Source of the DNA: Candidatus Marinacidobacterales bacterium
Lineage (GTDB): Bacteria; Acidobacteriota; Vicinamibacteria; Marinacidobacterales; SMYC01
Assembly: GCA_965224085.1 (NCBI GenBank)
Contig: CBDCYI010000005.1
Location: forward strand, 2,080,001-2,144,000
Reading direction: 5' to 3'
Length of the DNA: 64,000 bases
The notes under the pieces: generated by a model
Databases searched by the model: none
Told to the model about the DNA's origin: nothing
Seen by the model: the letters and a program-made list of their open reading frames with translations, nothing else
Program-made: the position numbers and the translations under genes
Part shown: positions 22,245 through 31,679 of the stretch, piece by piece
Layout of the letters: the number at the start of each line of letters is the position of its first letter
How positions within the stretch are numbered: position 1 is the stretch's first letter

Positions 22245-22373
22245 CTCATACCTTCAGCGATCGTCGCACTTGTGAGGTTAATCCACGCCACGCTCAACCG
22301 CAAAGCCTACGTCTGAGAATTAGGCCACCGCAAACCGACCCGCCGGTGGCTCCAAAAGGGAGCAGCGGTTATA

Positions 22374-23735
22374 GTGGTCTCCTTGCACCTCATACTCGCT
22401 GCCTTCGCCATCGCTGCCGCCCCCAACCATCAGCTCGCCATGTCGGCGCACCACCTTTGCTCGGGGGTTTTCGTCGTGGGACGCGACATGGCCCGGAGCC
22501 CGGAAGTGGTCATCGACCACGACGTACGGCGCTTCGACTTTTTCCAGTGGGGGGACGACTTCGAGTACGCCGTCGACATGGACGAAAAGACCGCGCGCGT
22601 TTGGGTAGCTGGCGGCCCATCCTGGACGGCGCAATATAACGGCGACCAGGGCTGCACCATCCTTCCCCAAGGCGCGAGCAACGTCTTCTTCGAGCCCAAG
22701 AAGATCCCGTCGAAACTTCCCGACGCCGAAACGCAAGCTTGGCCGACTGGCGATGCCGGCGCTGAAGCACTCGCACCCGAGATCGACGACGCGCTCGATT
22801 GGGCGATGGCGCAGAAAACGCAGTTCACGCGGGCCGCTCGTCGTCGTTCACAAAGGGAAGATCATCGGAGAGCGCTACGCCGAAGGCTTCAAAAAGAACA
22901 CGCCGCAGATTAGCTGGTCGCAAGGAAAGAGCATCACTTCGGCGCTCATTGCCGTCCTCGTGCACCAAGGGGAGCTGCGCGTCGATGACCGCGCGCCCGT
23001 GTCGGAATGGCACGGCGAGGGTGACCCGCGCCGCGCGATCCAAGTGAAGCATCTCTTGCATCTCTTGCGCATGTCGAGCGGTCTCGACTTCAAGAATTAC
23101 GGGATCGATAATCCGAACTCGTGGACCACGGAGAACGAGCACTTCGCATTTATCATGACGCCATCAACGTCTTCGACCACGCGGTGGATCAACCGCTCGA
23201 GATCCCTCCGGACAGCCAGTTTCGCTACCGGAACTCCGACCCGCTCACGCTCGGGAGCATCATTCGCCAAATCGTCGAAGCCCGCGGCGATAGCTACCTC
23301 GCCTTCCCGCGCGAAGCGCTCTTCGACAAAATCGGCGCGCGCGACTACGTGCTCGAGACGGACGCTTATGGCAACTTCATCATGACGGGCTACGACTACG
23401 GCTCCGCGATGGACTGGGCGCGGTTCGGGCTCCTCCATTTGTGGGACGGGGTCTGGGAAGGCGAGCGGCTCTTGCCCGAGGGTTGGATTGACTTCATCAC
23501 CGAGCCCGCGCCCGGCGATCCCACGAAAGGCTATGGCGCTCTGTTTTGGCTCAACCGCGGCGGCGCTCTTGGCCGAGTGCCTGAGGATGCGTATTGGGCC
23601 GCAGGCTTCATGGGGCAGCGCACGACGATCATCCCATCGCGCGACATGGTCGTCGTTCGTCTGGGGCCGAGCCCGGAGGGTTTCTCGGACTACATCAACG
23701 ACGTGATCGGCCGCATCCTCGAGGCCGTGCCGTGA
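22374..23735 (+). pseudogene. Serine hydrolase (class C beta-lactamase / NylB-like) broken by two frameshifts (~22830, ~23147)
   Basis: SWSQGKS (SxxK), HLLRMSSGL, FRYRNSD, DWARFGLLHL, AAGFMGQ spread over three overlapping ORFs; also a 9-bp duplication (HLLHLL). Confidence 0.8.
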
Positions 23736-24427
23736 TACGGGCGGCCGCCCTCGCCCTGGCCGTCGGCGCTTGCGGCGGGAGCACGTCGCGCGTGCCGGTA
23801 GACGGCCCTTTCATCTACGTTCTTTTCGACGAGCGCCACGATCTCGAAGGTGGTGAGCCGGTACGCGTGCACGGGTTCGACGTCGGCTTTATCGAAGGCG
23901 TGGACATCGCCGACGCCCGCGTCCGCGCCAAGCTCGTCCTGAAGCCCGAGATCCTCGGACAGCTGACTGAAGACTCCACGTTCTCGGTGGAAGACGATGA
24001 CGGGCTCTACCTCGAAGCTCACGTGATCGATCCCGAAGCGACGACGCTGACGCAGGGGGCGACGGTGGACGGGGTCGACTCCGGTTGGGAGCTCGCTTAT
24101 CGGCGCGCGGGGCGAAGCGCCTCCGGGCTCGCAGAGGACGTGCAAGGCTCCGAATGGTGGAAGAAGGCCACCGAGCTCGTCGATGCGATGAAGCACGAGC
24201 TCGAGGAAATCGATTGGAGCGAGGAAGAAAAGGAAATCCACGAGCACTGGTGGGAAGTGGTTCGCGAGATGGAAGAGCTCACTGGCGAGAGCTCGGAGGA
24301 GCTGCGCGAGCGCGTCGACGATATCGTCAAAGAGCTCGAGGAGCTCGGCCGCTCGGACGAAGCGCAAAAGCTGCGAGAGCGCTTCGAGAAGCTTGTGGAA
24401 GCGCTGCGCGAAGGCGACGACCCCTGA
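23732..24427 (+). CDS. MlaD/MCE-domain lipoprotein with acidic helical C-terminus
   Basis: GTG overlapping upstream stop; lipobox-like AVGAC; F...LEGGEPVRVHGFDVGFIEGVDI MCE motif. Confidence 0.65.
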   Translation: MIRAAALALAVGACGGSTSRVPVDGPFIYVLFDERHDLEGGEPVRVHGFDVGFIEGVDIADARVRAKLVLKPEILGQLTEDSTFSVEDDDGLYLEAHVIDPEATTLTQGATVDGVDSGWELAYRRAGRSASGLAEDVQGSEWWKKATELVDAMKHELEEIDWSEEEKEIHEHWWEVVREMEELTGESSEELRERVDDIVKELEELGRSDEAQKLRERFEKLVEALREGDDP

Positions 24428-24437
24428 GGCAAGGACG

Positions 24438-24557
24438 ATGGAAGAGCTCGAGAACCCAGAGAAGCAGGCGCGCCTCGAGAAGTGGATCCCCTATCTCTGG
24501 CTGCCTCCATTCGCACTGATCGTGGTCATGTTTGTCGCAGCCTATTGCGGCAGGTAG
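24438..24557 (+). CDS. 39-aa small single-pass membrane protein (not in ORF track)
   Basis: MEELENPEKQARLEKWIPYLWLPPFALIVVMFVAAYCGR*, purine-rich upstream GAGGCAAGGA, fills the gap between co-oriented genes. Confidence 0.55.
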   Translation: MEELENPEKQARLEKWIPYLWLPPFALIVVMFVAAYCGR

Positions 24558-24563
24558 GAGCCA

Positions 24564-25217
24564 GTGGACGATTTCTCACTACAGGTGACCGGTTGGCTCT
24601 TCGTTGCCGCCGCAGCGATGACGTGGACGGGCATCACGTTCTTGCCCGCTCGTATCGGAAGCTTTTTCGAGCGCGAGGACTGCGCTCGCGTGCTGGAGCG
24701 GTTCAGAGTTTGGATCTGGTTGTATCGGATCCATCTCTTCGGTTATATCATCGCCCTGATGGCCTTCGTCGCGCTCGCAACGCTCTTGTCGGATGTGCCC
24801 GCCCGCATCGTGATTTGGCCCGCCGTCGCGGTTTGCGGGGCGGGACTCTTGACAACGGCTCTCGCCGGTGCGTTCTACTATCACTTCGGTGCTTGGGGCG
24901 CGCTCGACATGAAAGGACGTTCACCGGAAGCCGTGGACGGTTTCGTAGCATCGTTGCGTGTCACCACCGAATACGTGACGTGTTTCGTTCGCTTCGGCCG
25001 CGTCTTCTTCGGTCTCGGACAGCTCGTGCTCGCCATCGGTTTGCTCTACGGCGGGCTCGTGCCGACATGGGTAGGGGCGAGCGCCGCGATATTGGGCATC
25101 GCCGCCATGGCACTCACGATGGGCCTCCCCGACGATCTTCACCTCTATCGCTACATCTTCCACCTCAACAACCTTTGGCTCGTCGCCTTGGGACTAGTGG
25201 TCCTCAGGCTCCAATGA
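24564..25217 (+). CDS. Multi-pass membrane protein of unknown function (DUF4386-like)
   Basis: 217 aa, about 6-7 hydrophobic segments, GGAG RBS before GTG. Confidence 0.6.
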   Translation: MDDFSLQVTGWLFVAAAAMTWTGITFLPARIGSFFEREDCARVLERFRVWIWLYRIHLFGYIIALMAFVALATLLSDVPARIVIWPAVAVCGAGLLTTALAGAFYYHFGAWGALDMKGRSPEAVDGFVASLRVTTEYVTCFVRFGRVFFGLGQLVLAIGLLYGGLVPTWVGASAAILGIAAMALTMGLPDDLHLYRYIFHLNNLWLVALGLVVLRLQ

Positions 25218-25235
25218 TCCCGAATCGATACGAAA

Positions 25236-25706
25236 TTGAAAAAAGACCAGATCAACGAGCTCGACCGTGCCGTCCGCGCATTCGAGCGCGTCATCATGGA
25301 GTTCGACCCGGACGCTTTTCTCGAAAGGCTCGGTGGTTGGACCCCTCGAGACGTCGTTGCCCATCTGGTCGGGTGGAACGTCTACGTCGTTGATGGAAGC
25401 CGTCAGCTCCAGCGCGGCGAGCTTCCGTTCTACGATCAGGACCCGGGCGACAACTACGCAAAAGTAAATGCCGAACTGATCCGGAAGCACCGGTCGACCG
25501 ATCGCAACACGCTCGTGCTCGCGCTCGAGAGCTCCGCGAATGCGCTCAAGGCTTTTCTACGAGATATCGAAGACTGGGCCTGGGAGCGCGACTTCGGTGT
25601 CCGGCATGGAGACGAAACGCGCACGGTCCGCGGCACCGTGACCGACTTGATCCAGGACTACGATCATCACCGCCGTCAGATCGAAACGTGGTCGGGAACC
25701 GCGTAA
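25236..25706 (+). CDS. DinB/ClbS-DfsB-like four-helix-bundle protein
   Basis: WTPRDVVAHLVGWN and DYDHHRRQI motifs; true start uncertain. Confidence 0.7.
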   Translation: MKKDQINELDRAVRAFERVIMEFDPDAFLERLGGWTPRDVVAHLVGWNVYVVDGSRQLQRGELPFYDQDPGDNYAKVNAELIRKHRSTDRNTLVLALESSANALKAFLRDIEDWAWERDFGVRHGDETRTVRGTVTDLIQDYDHHRRQIETWSGTA

Positions 25707-26273
25707 AGTGCTCCCACTACGCGACGCCCGTGCCCTCGTCTTCGCTGTCAGCTTCCGGCGCCTCGACGTCCTTGCGCGCTTCCCGCATTTCGCCCGATCT
25801 TCGGTGGGGGGCGGCCGTGGCGATCTGGCGAATACGAGGGTCGGGATCGTCCACAACTTTGCGAAGCGCGCCTTGGGCACGCTCGCCGCCAATCTGAGAC
25901 AGCGCAAACGCCGCCGTGGCTCGAACTTGATCGTCCCAACGTTTCCCCCCCAGATGAGAAATTTGCGCGCCGTGAGGACGTCTTCGAGAGCGGGCACGGC
26001 GACGGGGTCGCCGAGCTGCGCGAGCGCCTGCGCACATGCGATGGCGCGTTCATGCTCTTTGGTCACTTCGAGAGTCGAGACGAGAGCGCCGACGGCATGA
26101 GCGGACTGCAGATTGGCCAGGCTCCGAATCGCGCCTTTGGCAACACCGATGTCCTCGTGGCGGGCGAAATCGACGAGCAGCTCGAGGACTTGTTTGTCGT
26201 TGAGGCGCTCGGTCAACCGAAAAGCGGCCCGGCGCACTTTCGGGTTGACGTCCGACAAGCAGAACGCTAGCTA

Positions 26274-27957
26274 GTTCCTGTCCAGAAACACCATAACTTG
26301 TGGTGTACGAGAGGCCTATCGAAGATGTGGGTATTATACGTTTTCAGTCGGCACCTCGTAGGCTCGGAAGCGAATGAAAATCTTGGACGAAACGAGAGGC
26401 GAATCGTCAGCAATCCATGGCTATAAACGCAGTAAGAGTAATCATTATTATCGTAATAGGTGCCTTGCCATTACCAACAGGTTGCAGGTGATGATGGAAC
26501 TCCATACGTAGGATTTGAAAGAAGGCAATGAGCGCCATGTGCATCGGTCGAGACCAAAGACTCGTTTCAAGAACGAAATGACGCCTTCGATTCCGCAGCG
26601 AAATCGCCGTAGGCGTTGATAGACCCAGGAACTCTTGACCATATCGGTCACCGCGAAGTGAGCCTTGGTAAAGGCAACATCTTCAACTCCCTTGCCTTTG
26701 ATGGCTTCCAAGTTTGCCTTTGAAGAAAACGCGCCATCGTAGGCAACCTGGCGCGGGGCCCGTTCGTAGAGTTCGACTTGACGGTCGATCATGGTTTCCG
26801 CGAGAGTTGAATCGGACGGATTCCCATCCAAGATCACGCAATCCAAAATCATCGAGGACGAGCCACCAGTCAAACACACCTTGTGACCGTAGAGAGTCTC
26901 GCGCCGGTCTTTGCGAATAATGTCGGTGTGTTCTTCGAAGATCGAAACGACCTTTTCCTCCGCAGGCACACGCTCTTCATCAATCACTCTACGCCGAGTT
27001 TGGTTGATGACTTTTTCGGTGAGGACGAGAAAGTGCTTAAAATCCGCGGCGATCTTCTCCGCACTCGCTCGCTTCACCGGCTCGGTCAAGCCGGACTCGT
27101 CCAACTGGTCTGCAACGCGTTGAGCGGAGCGATAGGTTTCTTCCGACACCTTCAGTAGATCTCGATAGACGCGACGCCTTTGTTCCTTATCCTTCGCGTT
27201 TAGAACTCCCAGTCGACGTCTCTTCGCTCGACGCGTTCGATTGCCGAAGACCACTACTGTACCCAGCAGTTCGCGAGTTCGGCACATGAGGCGAGTGAGA
27301 ACTCGGACGCAGTCATAAAGAAGCTCGGAGTCCGTAGGAGAATGAATATTCGACTCCACTACCGTGCAGTCCACTCGTACTTTTCTTCCTTTTTCGATCG
27401 CGGTCTTCTCGGCAACACTCACCAACTCTCGGTTGATTTTCTCCAGCGTTTCGAACTTCACGGCTTTGATGTTTGCTGCTAGGGTCGACTTCGACGGGCT
27501 CGGCTCTATGATGCCGAGCTGGCAAAACGTCCGATAGCTTCGAGAGTCTGCCAAGTGAAACGCCAGCTCCCGATAGGTGAACTGATTCAGCTGCTTGACC
27601 AACAACGCCCGGAGAACCTGCTCCGCGCTCATTCCCCCACGACCAACATCGCTCCCTGCCGATGGGGTGACCGACCTCAGGTCTTGCAGTACCAGCTCAT
27701 TCAGCTTAGGATGGGCATCGAGCAGCGATGATATCGTTTCGAGCTCGCGTGCGTGCTCCAGCTCCAGCCAGGGCTCGCGAAGGCTTGGTTGTGGGTTGAT
27801 CGTTTTTCGCATTTAGGGCTGGTCTCCTTTGGAGTTAAGTCGTTTAGAATCTGCGTTTTTGTCGACTCGATACTAAACGACACTCCCTCAGAAGGCTAGC
27901 CCTAAATTTGCGATTACCCCTTTTTTCTCAACCTCTTACACCTGTCAGGACGGGTAC
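26274..27957 (-). mobile_element. IS element A copy 1 (ISNCY/ISDol1-like DDE), 1684 bp
   Basis: Imperfect TIRs GTTCCTGTCC / GGACGGGTAC, flanked by TAGCTA on both sides, one transposase ORF. Confidence 0.9.
26448..27812 (-). CDS. DDE transposase (ISNCY/IS5-like), 454 aa
   Basis: VRVDCTVVESNIHSPTDS, KVVSIFEEHTDII, AYDGAF, RCGIEGVISFLKR. Confidence 0.92.
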   Translation of the reverse strand: MRKTINPQPSLREPWLELEHARELETISSLLDAHPKLNELVLQDLRSVTPSAGSDVGRGGMSAEQVLRALLVKQLNQFTYRELAFHLADSRSYRTFCQLGIIEPSPSKSTLAANIKAVKFETLEKINRELVSVAEKTAIEKGRKVRVDCTVVESNIHSPTDSELLYDCVRVLTRLMCRTRELLGTVVVFGNRTRRAKRRRLGVLNAKDKEQRRRVYRDLLKVSEETYRSAQRVADQLDESGLTEPVKRASAEKIAADFKHFLVLTEKVINQTRRRVIDEERVPAEEKVVSIFEEHTDIIRKDRRETLYGHKVCLTGGSSSMILDCVILDGNPSDSTLAETMIDRQVELYERAPRQVAYDGAFSSKANLEAIKGKGVEDVAFTKAHFAVTDMVKSSWVYQRLRRFRCGIEGVISFLKRVFGLDRCTWRSLPSFKSYVWSSIITCNLLVMARHLLR

Positions 27958-27963
27958 TAGCTA

Positions 27964-29647
27964 GTTCCTGTCCAGAAACACCATAACTTGTGGTGTACGA
28001 GAGGCCTATCGAAGATGTGGGTATTATACGTTTTCAGTCGGCACCTCGTAGGCTCGGAAGCGAATGAAAATCTTGGACGAAACGAGAGGCGAATCGTCAG
28101 CAATCCATGGCTATAAACGCAGTAAGAGTAATCATTATTATCGTAATAGGTGCCTTGCCATTACCAACAGGTTGCAGGTGATGATGGAACTCCATACGTA
28201 GGATTTGAAAGAAGGCAATGAGCGCCATGTGCATCGGTCGAGACCAAAGACTCGTTTCAAGAACGAAATGACGCCTTCGATTCCGCAGCGAAATCGCCGT
28301 AGGCGTTGATAGACCCAGGAACTCTTGACCATATCGGTCACCGCGAAGTGAGCCTTGGTAAAGGCAACATCTTCAACTCCCTTGCCTTTGATGGCTTCCA
28401 AGTTTGCCTTTGAAGAAAACGCGCCATCGTAGGCAACCTGGCGCGGGGCCCGTTCGTAGAGTTCGACTTGACGGTCGATCATGGTTTCCGCGAGAGTTGA
28501 ATCGGACGGATTCCCATCCAAGATCACGCAATCCAAAATCATCGAGGACGAGCCACCAGTCAAACACACCTTGTGACCGTAGAGAGTCTCGCGCCGGTCT
28601 TTGCGAATAATGTCGGTGTGTTCTTCGAAGATCGAAACGACCTTTTCCTCCGCAGGCACACGCTCTTCATCAATCACTCTACGCCGAGTTTGGTTGATGA
28701 CTTTTTCGGTGAGGACGAGAAAGTGCTTAAAATCCGCGGCGATCTTCTCCGCACTCGCTCGCTTCACCGGCTCGGTCAAGCCGGACTCGTCCAACTGGTC
28801 TGCAACGCGTTGAGCGGAGCGATAGGTTTCTTCCGACACCTTCAGTAGATCTCGATAGACGCGACGCCTTTGTTCCTTATCCTTCGCGTTTAGAACTCCC
28901 AGTCGACGTCTCTTCGCTCGACGCGTTCGATTGCCGAAGACCACTACTGTACCCAGCAGTTCGCGAGTTCGGCACATGAGGCGAGTGAGAACTCGGACGC
29001 AGTCATAAAGAAGCTCGGAGTCCGTAGGAGAATGAATATTCGACTCCACTACCGTGCAGTCCACTCGTACTTTTCTTCCTTTTTCGATCGCGGTCTTCTC
29101 GGCAACACTCACCAACTCTCGGTTGATTTTCTCCAGCGTTTCGAACTTCACGGCTTTGATGTTTGCTGCTAGGGTCGACTTCGACGGGCTCGGCTCTATG
29201 ATGCCGAGCTGGCAAAACGTCCGATAGCTTCGAGAGTCTGCCAAGTGAAACGCCAGCTCCCGATAGGTGAACTGATTCAGCTGCTTGACCAACAACGCCC
29301 GGAGAACCTGCTCCGCGCTCATTCCCCCACGACCAACATCGCTCCCTGCCGATGGGGTGACCGACCTCAGGTCTTGCAGTACCAGCTCATTGAGCTTAGG
29401 ATGGGCATCGAGCAGCGATGATATCGTTTCGAGCTCGCGTGCGTGCTCCAGCTCCAGCCAGGGCTCGCGAAGGCTTGGTTGTGGGTTGATCGTTTTTCGC
29501 ATTTAGGGCTGGTCTCCTTTGGAGTTAAGTCGTTTAGAATCTGCGTTTTTGTCGACTCGATACTAAACGACACTCCCTCAGAAGGCTAGCCCTAAATTTG
29601 CGATTACCCCTTTTTTCTCAACCTCTTACACCTGTCAGGACGGGTAC
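27964..29647 (-). mobile_element. IS element A copy 2, tandem direct repeat of copy 1
   Basis: Same ends and length; the only difference from copy 1 that I saw is one silent substitution (27702 vs 29392). Confidence 0.9.
28138..29502 (-). CDS. DDE transposase (ISNCY/IS5-like), 454 aa
   Basis: Protein identical to 26448-27812. Confidence 0.92.
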   Translation of the reverse strand: MRKTINPQPSLREPWLELEHARELETISSLLDAHPKLNELVLQDLRSVTPSAGSDVGRGGMSAEQVLRALLVKQLNQFTYRELAFHLADSRSYRTFCQLGIIEPSPSKSTLAANIKAVKFETLEKINRELVSVAEKTAIEKGRKVRVDCTVVESNIHSPTDSELLYDCVRVLTRLMCRTRELLGTVVVFGNRTRRAKRRRLGVLNAKDKEQRRRVYRDLLKVSEETYRSAQRVADQLDESGLTEPVKRASAEKIAADFKHFLVLTEKVINQTRRRVIDEERVPAEEKVVSIFEEHTDIIRKDRRETLYGHKVCLTGGSSSMILDCVILDGNPSDSTLAETMIDRQVELYERAPRQVAYDGAFSSKANLEAIKGKGVEDVAFTKAHFAVTDMVKSSWVYQRLRRFRCGIEGVISFLKRVFGLDRCTWRSLPSFKSYVWSSIITCNLLVMARHLLR

Positions 29648-29841
29648 TAGCTAGAGCCTGTTGCAAAACGTAACCGCTTTCACCGTTGGTTTCAATCCGC
29701 GTCCAATCGGGCAGCTGACAGATCTGTGATTTGCCGGCGCCAAACGCGCCTGGATCGATCCGCAAGAATTTTCCCAACTATTTTGTATTTGGTCGTTTTT
29801 TTCTTGACTTGTAGCCTAAGGGATGATATTTATTAGGCGTT

Positions 29842-31279
29842 ATAGGGACCGTTACCAGGCAGTCCGCCCTCTTCTACGTCAACTTCTCCAAACAGGCGTC
29901 GCTCATCAAGGATGATCTACTCGAACCCGTCGACACGCTCCTCGAGGACCCCGAGCTGATAGAACTGACGAGAGAATCGCTCGCTGGTCGTTTCCCGCTC
30001 TCACCGCGTACCGGCCGGGTGAGTATCGCGCCTGACCGCTTGCTCCGCAGCTGTGTACTCAAGCACATCAAAGGATGGTCCTTCCGAGTCCTCGAGCGGG
30101 AGATCCGTTCTAGCCTCGTGTATCGGCGCTTCACTCGCTTCGACGACGATTCGATTCCCAACTACTCCACATTCAGTCGCAACTTTTCCCTACTCGGTGA
30201 TGCGTTCGTAGAGAAAATCCATGCCCGTGTGGTCGCTCAGGCTCGAGACGAAAAGGTGGCTACGGGACGCAAGTTACGCACGGATACGACGGTAGTGGAG
30301 AGCAACATCCATTACCCCACAGATAGCTCACTGCTTGCCGATGGCATCCGGGTGCTCACCCGTAGTCTGAAGTGTATTGCAAAGGCTTGTGCTCAAGGTG
30401 CGCTCAAGGTGGTGGACCACAGCCGATCAACGAAAAACAGGCAGCTTGAGATCGACCGCGCCAGCAAGTCGTTCACCGAATCGAGCCAAGTCAAGTTCAA
30501 GCAAAGTTATCGCAAGCTCATGGGCACGGCGCGCAGCGTGGTCCGGCAAGCCGACGAGGTTATTCAGTCGCTCAAGAGCGGAAAGCTTCCGGTCGTGGGT
30601 TCGCTGGTGAGCATCATAAGCAATCAGAGCCAACTCGAACATTATCTGCCACTGTGCAAAAAGGTGTTAGCTCAGACAAAGGCCCGTGTTTTAGGGGGCC
30701 ATCGTCACCATCCGGACAAGATCGTCAGCCTGTTCGAGGAGCATACGGCCGTGATCCGAAAAGGCAAAACATGGAAGCCGACCGAGTTTGGACGACTCGT
30801 GCGAATTGATGAGGTGGAGAACGGCATTGTTAGCCACTACGAAGTTGCCGCAGGCAATCCGGCGGACCAAACTCAGTGGATGCCCGCGCTGGAGCAACAC
30901 AAAAAACAGTTCGCTCGTGCGCCGGAGATGGCGACCGCTGACCGCGGATTCTTTTCGGCAGACAATGAACGCAAGGCCATAGATCTCGGTGTAAAGAAAG
31001 TGGTGTTGCCGGCTCGAGGACGACCCTCGAAAAAACGAGCCAAGGTTCAAAAAAAGCGCTGGTTCCGTCGAGCCCTCAAGTGGCGCGGGGGCGTCGAGTC
31101 CCGCATCAGCACCCTCAAGCACCGCTTCGCTATGCTTCGCGCCACCTACAAGGGCGACCGAGGATTCAAGCGTTACGTCGGGTGGTGCGTTATCAGCCAA
31201 AACCTCATATCGATCGCTCGAGTCAAGCGGCGAAGAAAGGACAGCGAAAATGCCGAACCCTTCATTCCGATCCACGTAA
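29842..31279 (+). CDS. DDE transposase of element B (non-canonical or damaged start; natural stop lost by a frameshift, so the ORF reads on to 31680)
   Basis: Frame open from ~29827; LRTDTTVVESNIHYPTDS, DKIVSLFEEHT, KPTEFG, ADRGF, RGGVESRISTLKH. Confidence 0.75.
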
Positions 31280-31592
31280 ACGTCGGGACCAGCTCCTACA
31301 ACAGATTCAACAATATGCGCGAAGGGCGATCTTCGGCACACCCTCCGAAACCTATCGTACCTGCGGTACGCCCACTTGTCGGTGCCACGGGCCCGGGCCA
31401 AAGCATGGCCCTCACCTCTATATCAATTTTCGTGGCAAGCACGGCAAGACTACCGGCTACTATGTGCCCCAAGCCGCACACAAGCGTATCCGCGAAGGCG
31501 TCGCCGCATGGCAGAGCTTGCAGGTGTCGCGAGAACTCGCGGACATCAACAAGCAAAATACGCTCGACCGTGCCCGACAGGCGCGTTCCTAA
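31250..31592 (+). pseudogene. DUF6788-like Cys/His-rich passenger protein, frameshifted near 31273
   Basis: GTPSETYRTCGTPTCRCHGPGPKHGPHLY...GKTTGYYVP motif; ATG at 31250 is out of frame with the rest. Confidence 0.7.
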
Positions 31593-31679
31593 CAAGCAGT
31601 ACAACCAACGGCCTCACTCCTGTGCTCAAACAAATGAACGCCTTGACGCTAAACGGGCTTTTGCAACAGCCTCTAGCTA

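Larger units (their letters stand above)
29654..31673 (+). mobile_element. IS element B (ISNCY/IS5-like), 2020 bp, with passenger gene
   Basis: TIRs GAGCCTGTTGCAAAA / TTTTGCAACAGCCTC (14/15 match), flanked by TAGCTA. Confidence 0.88.
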
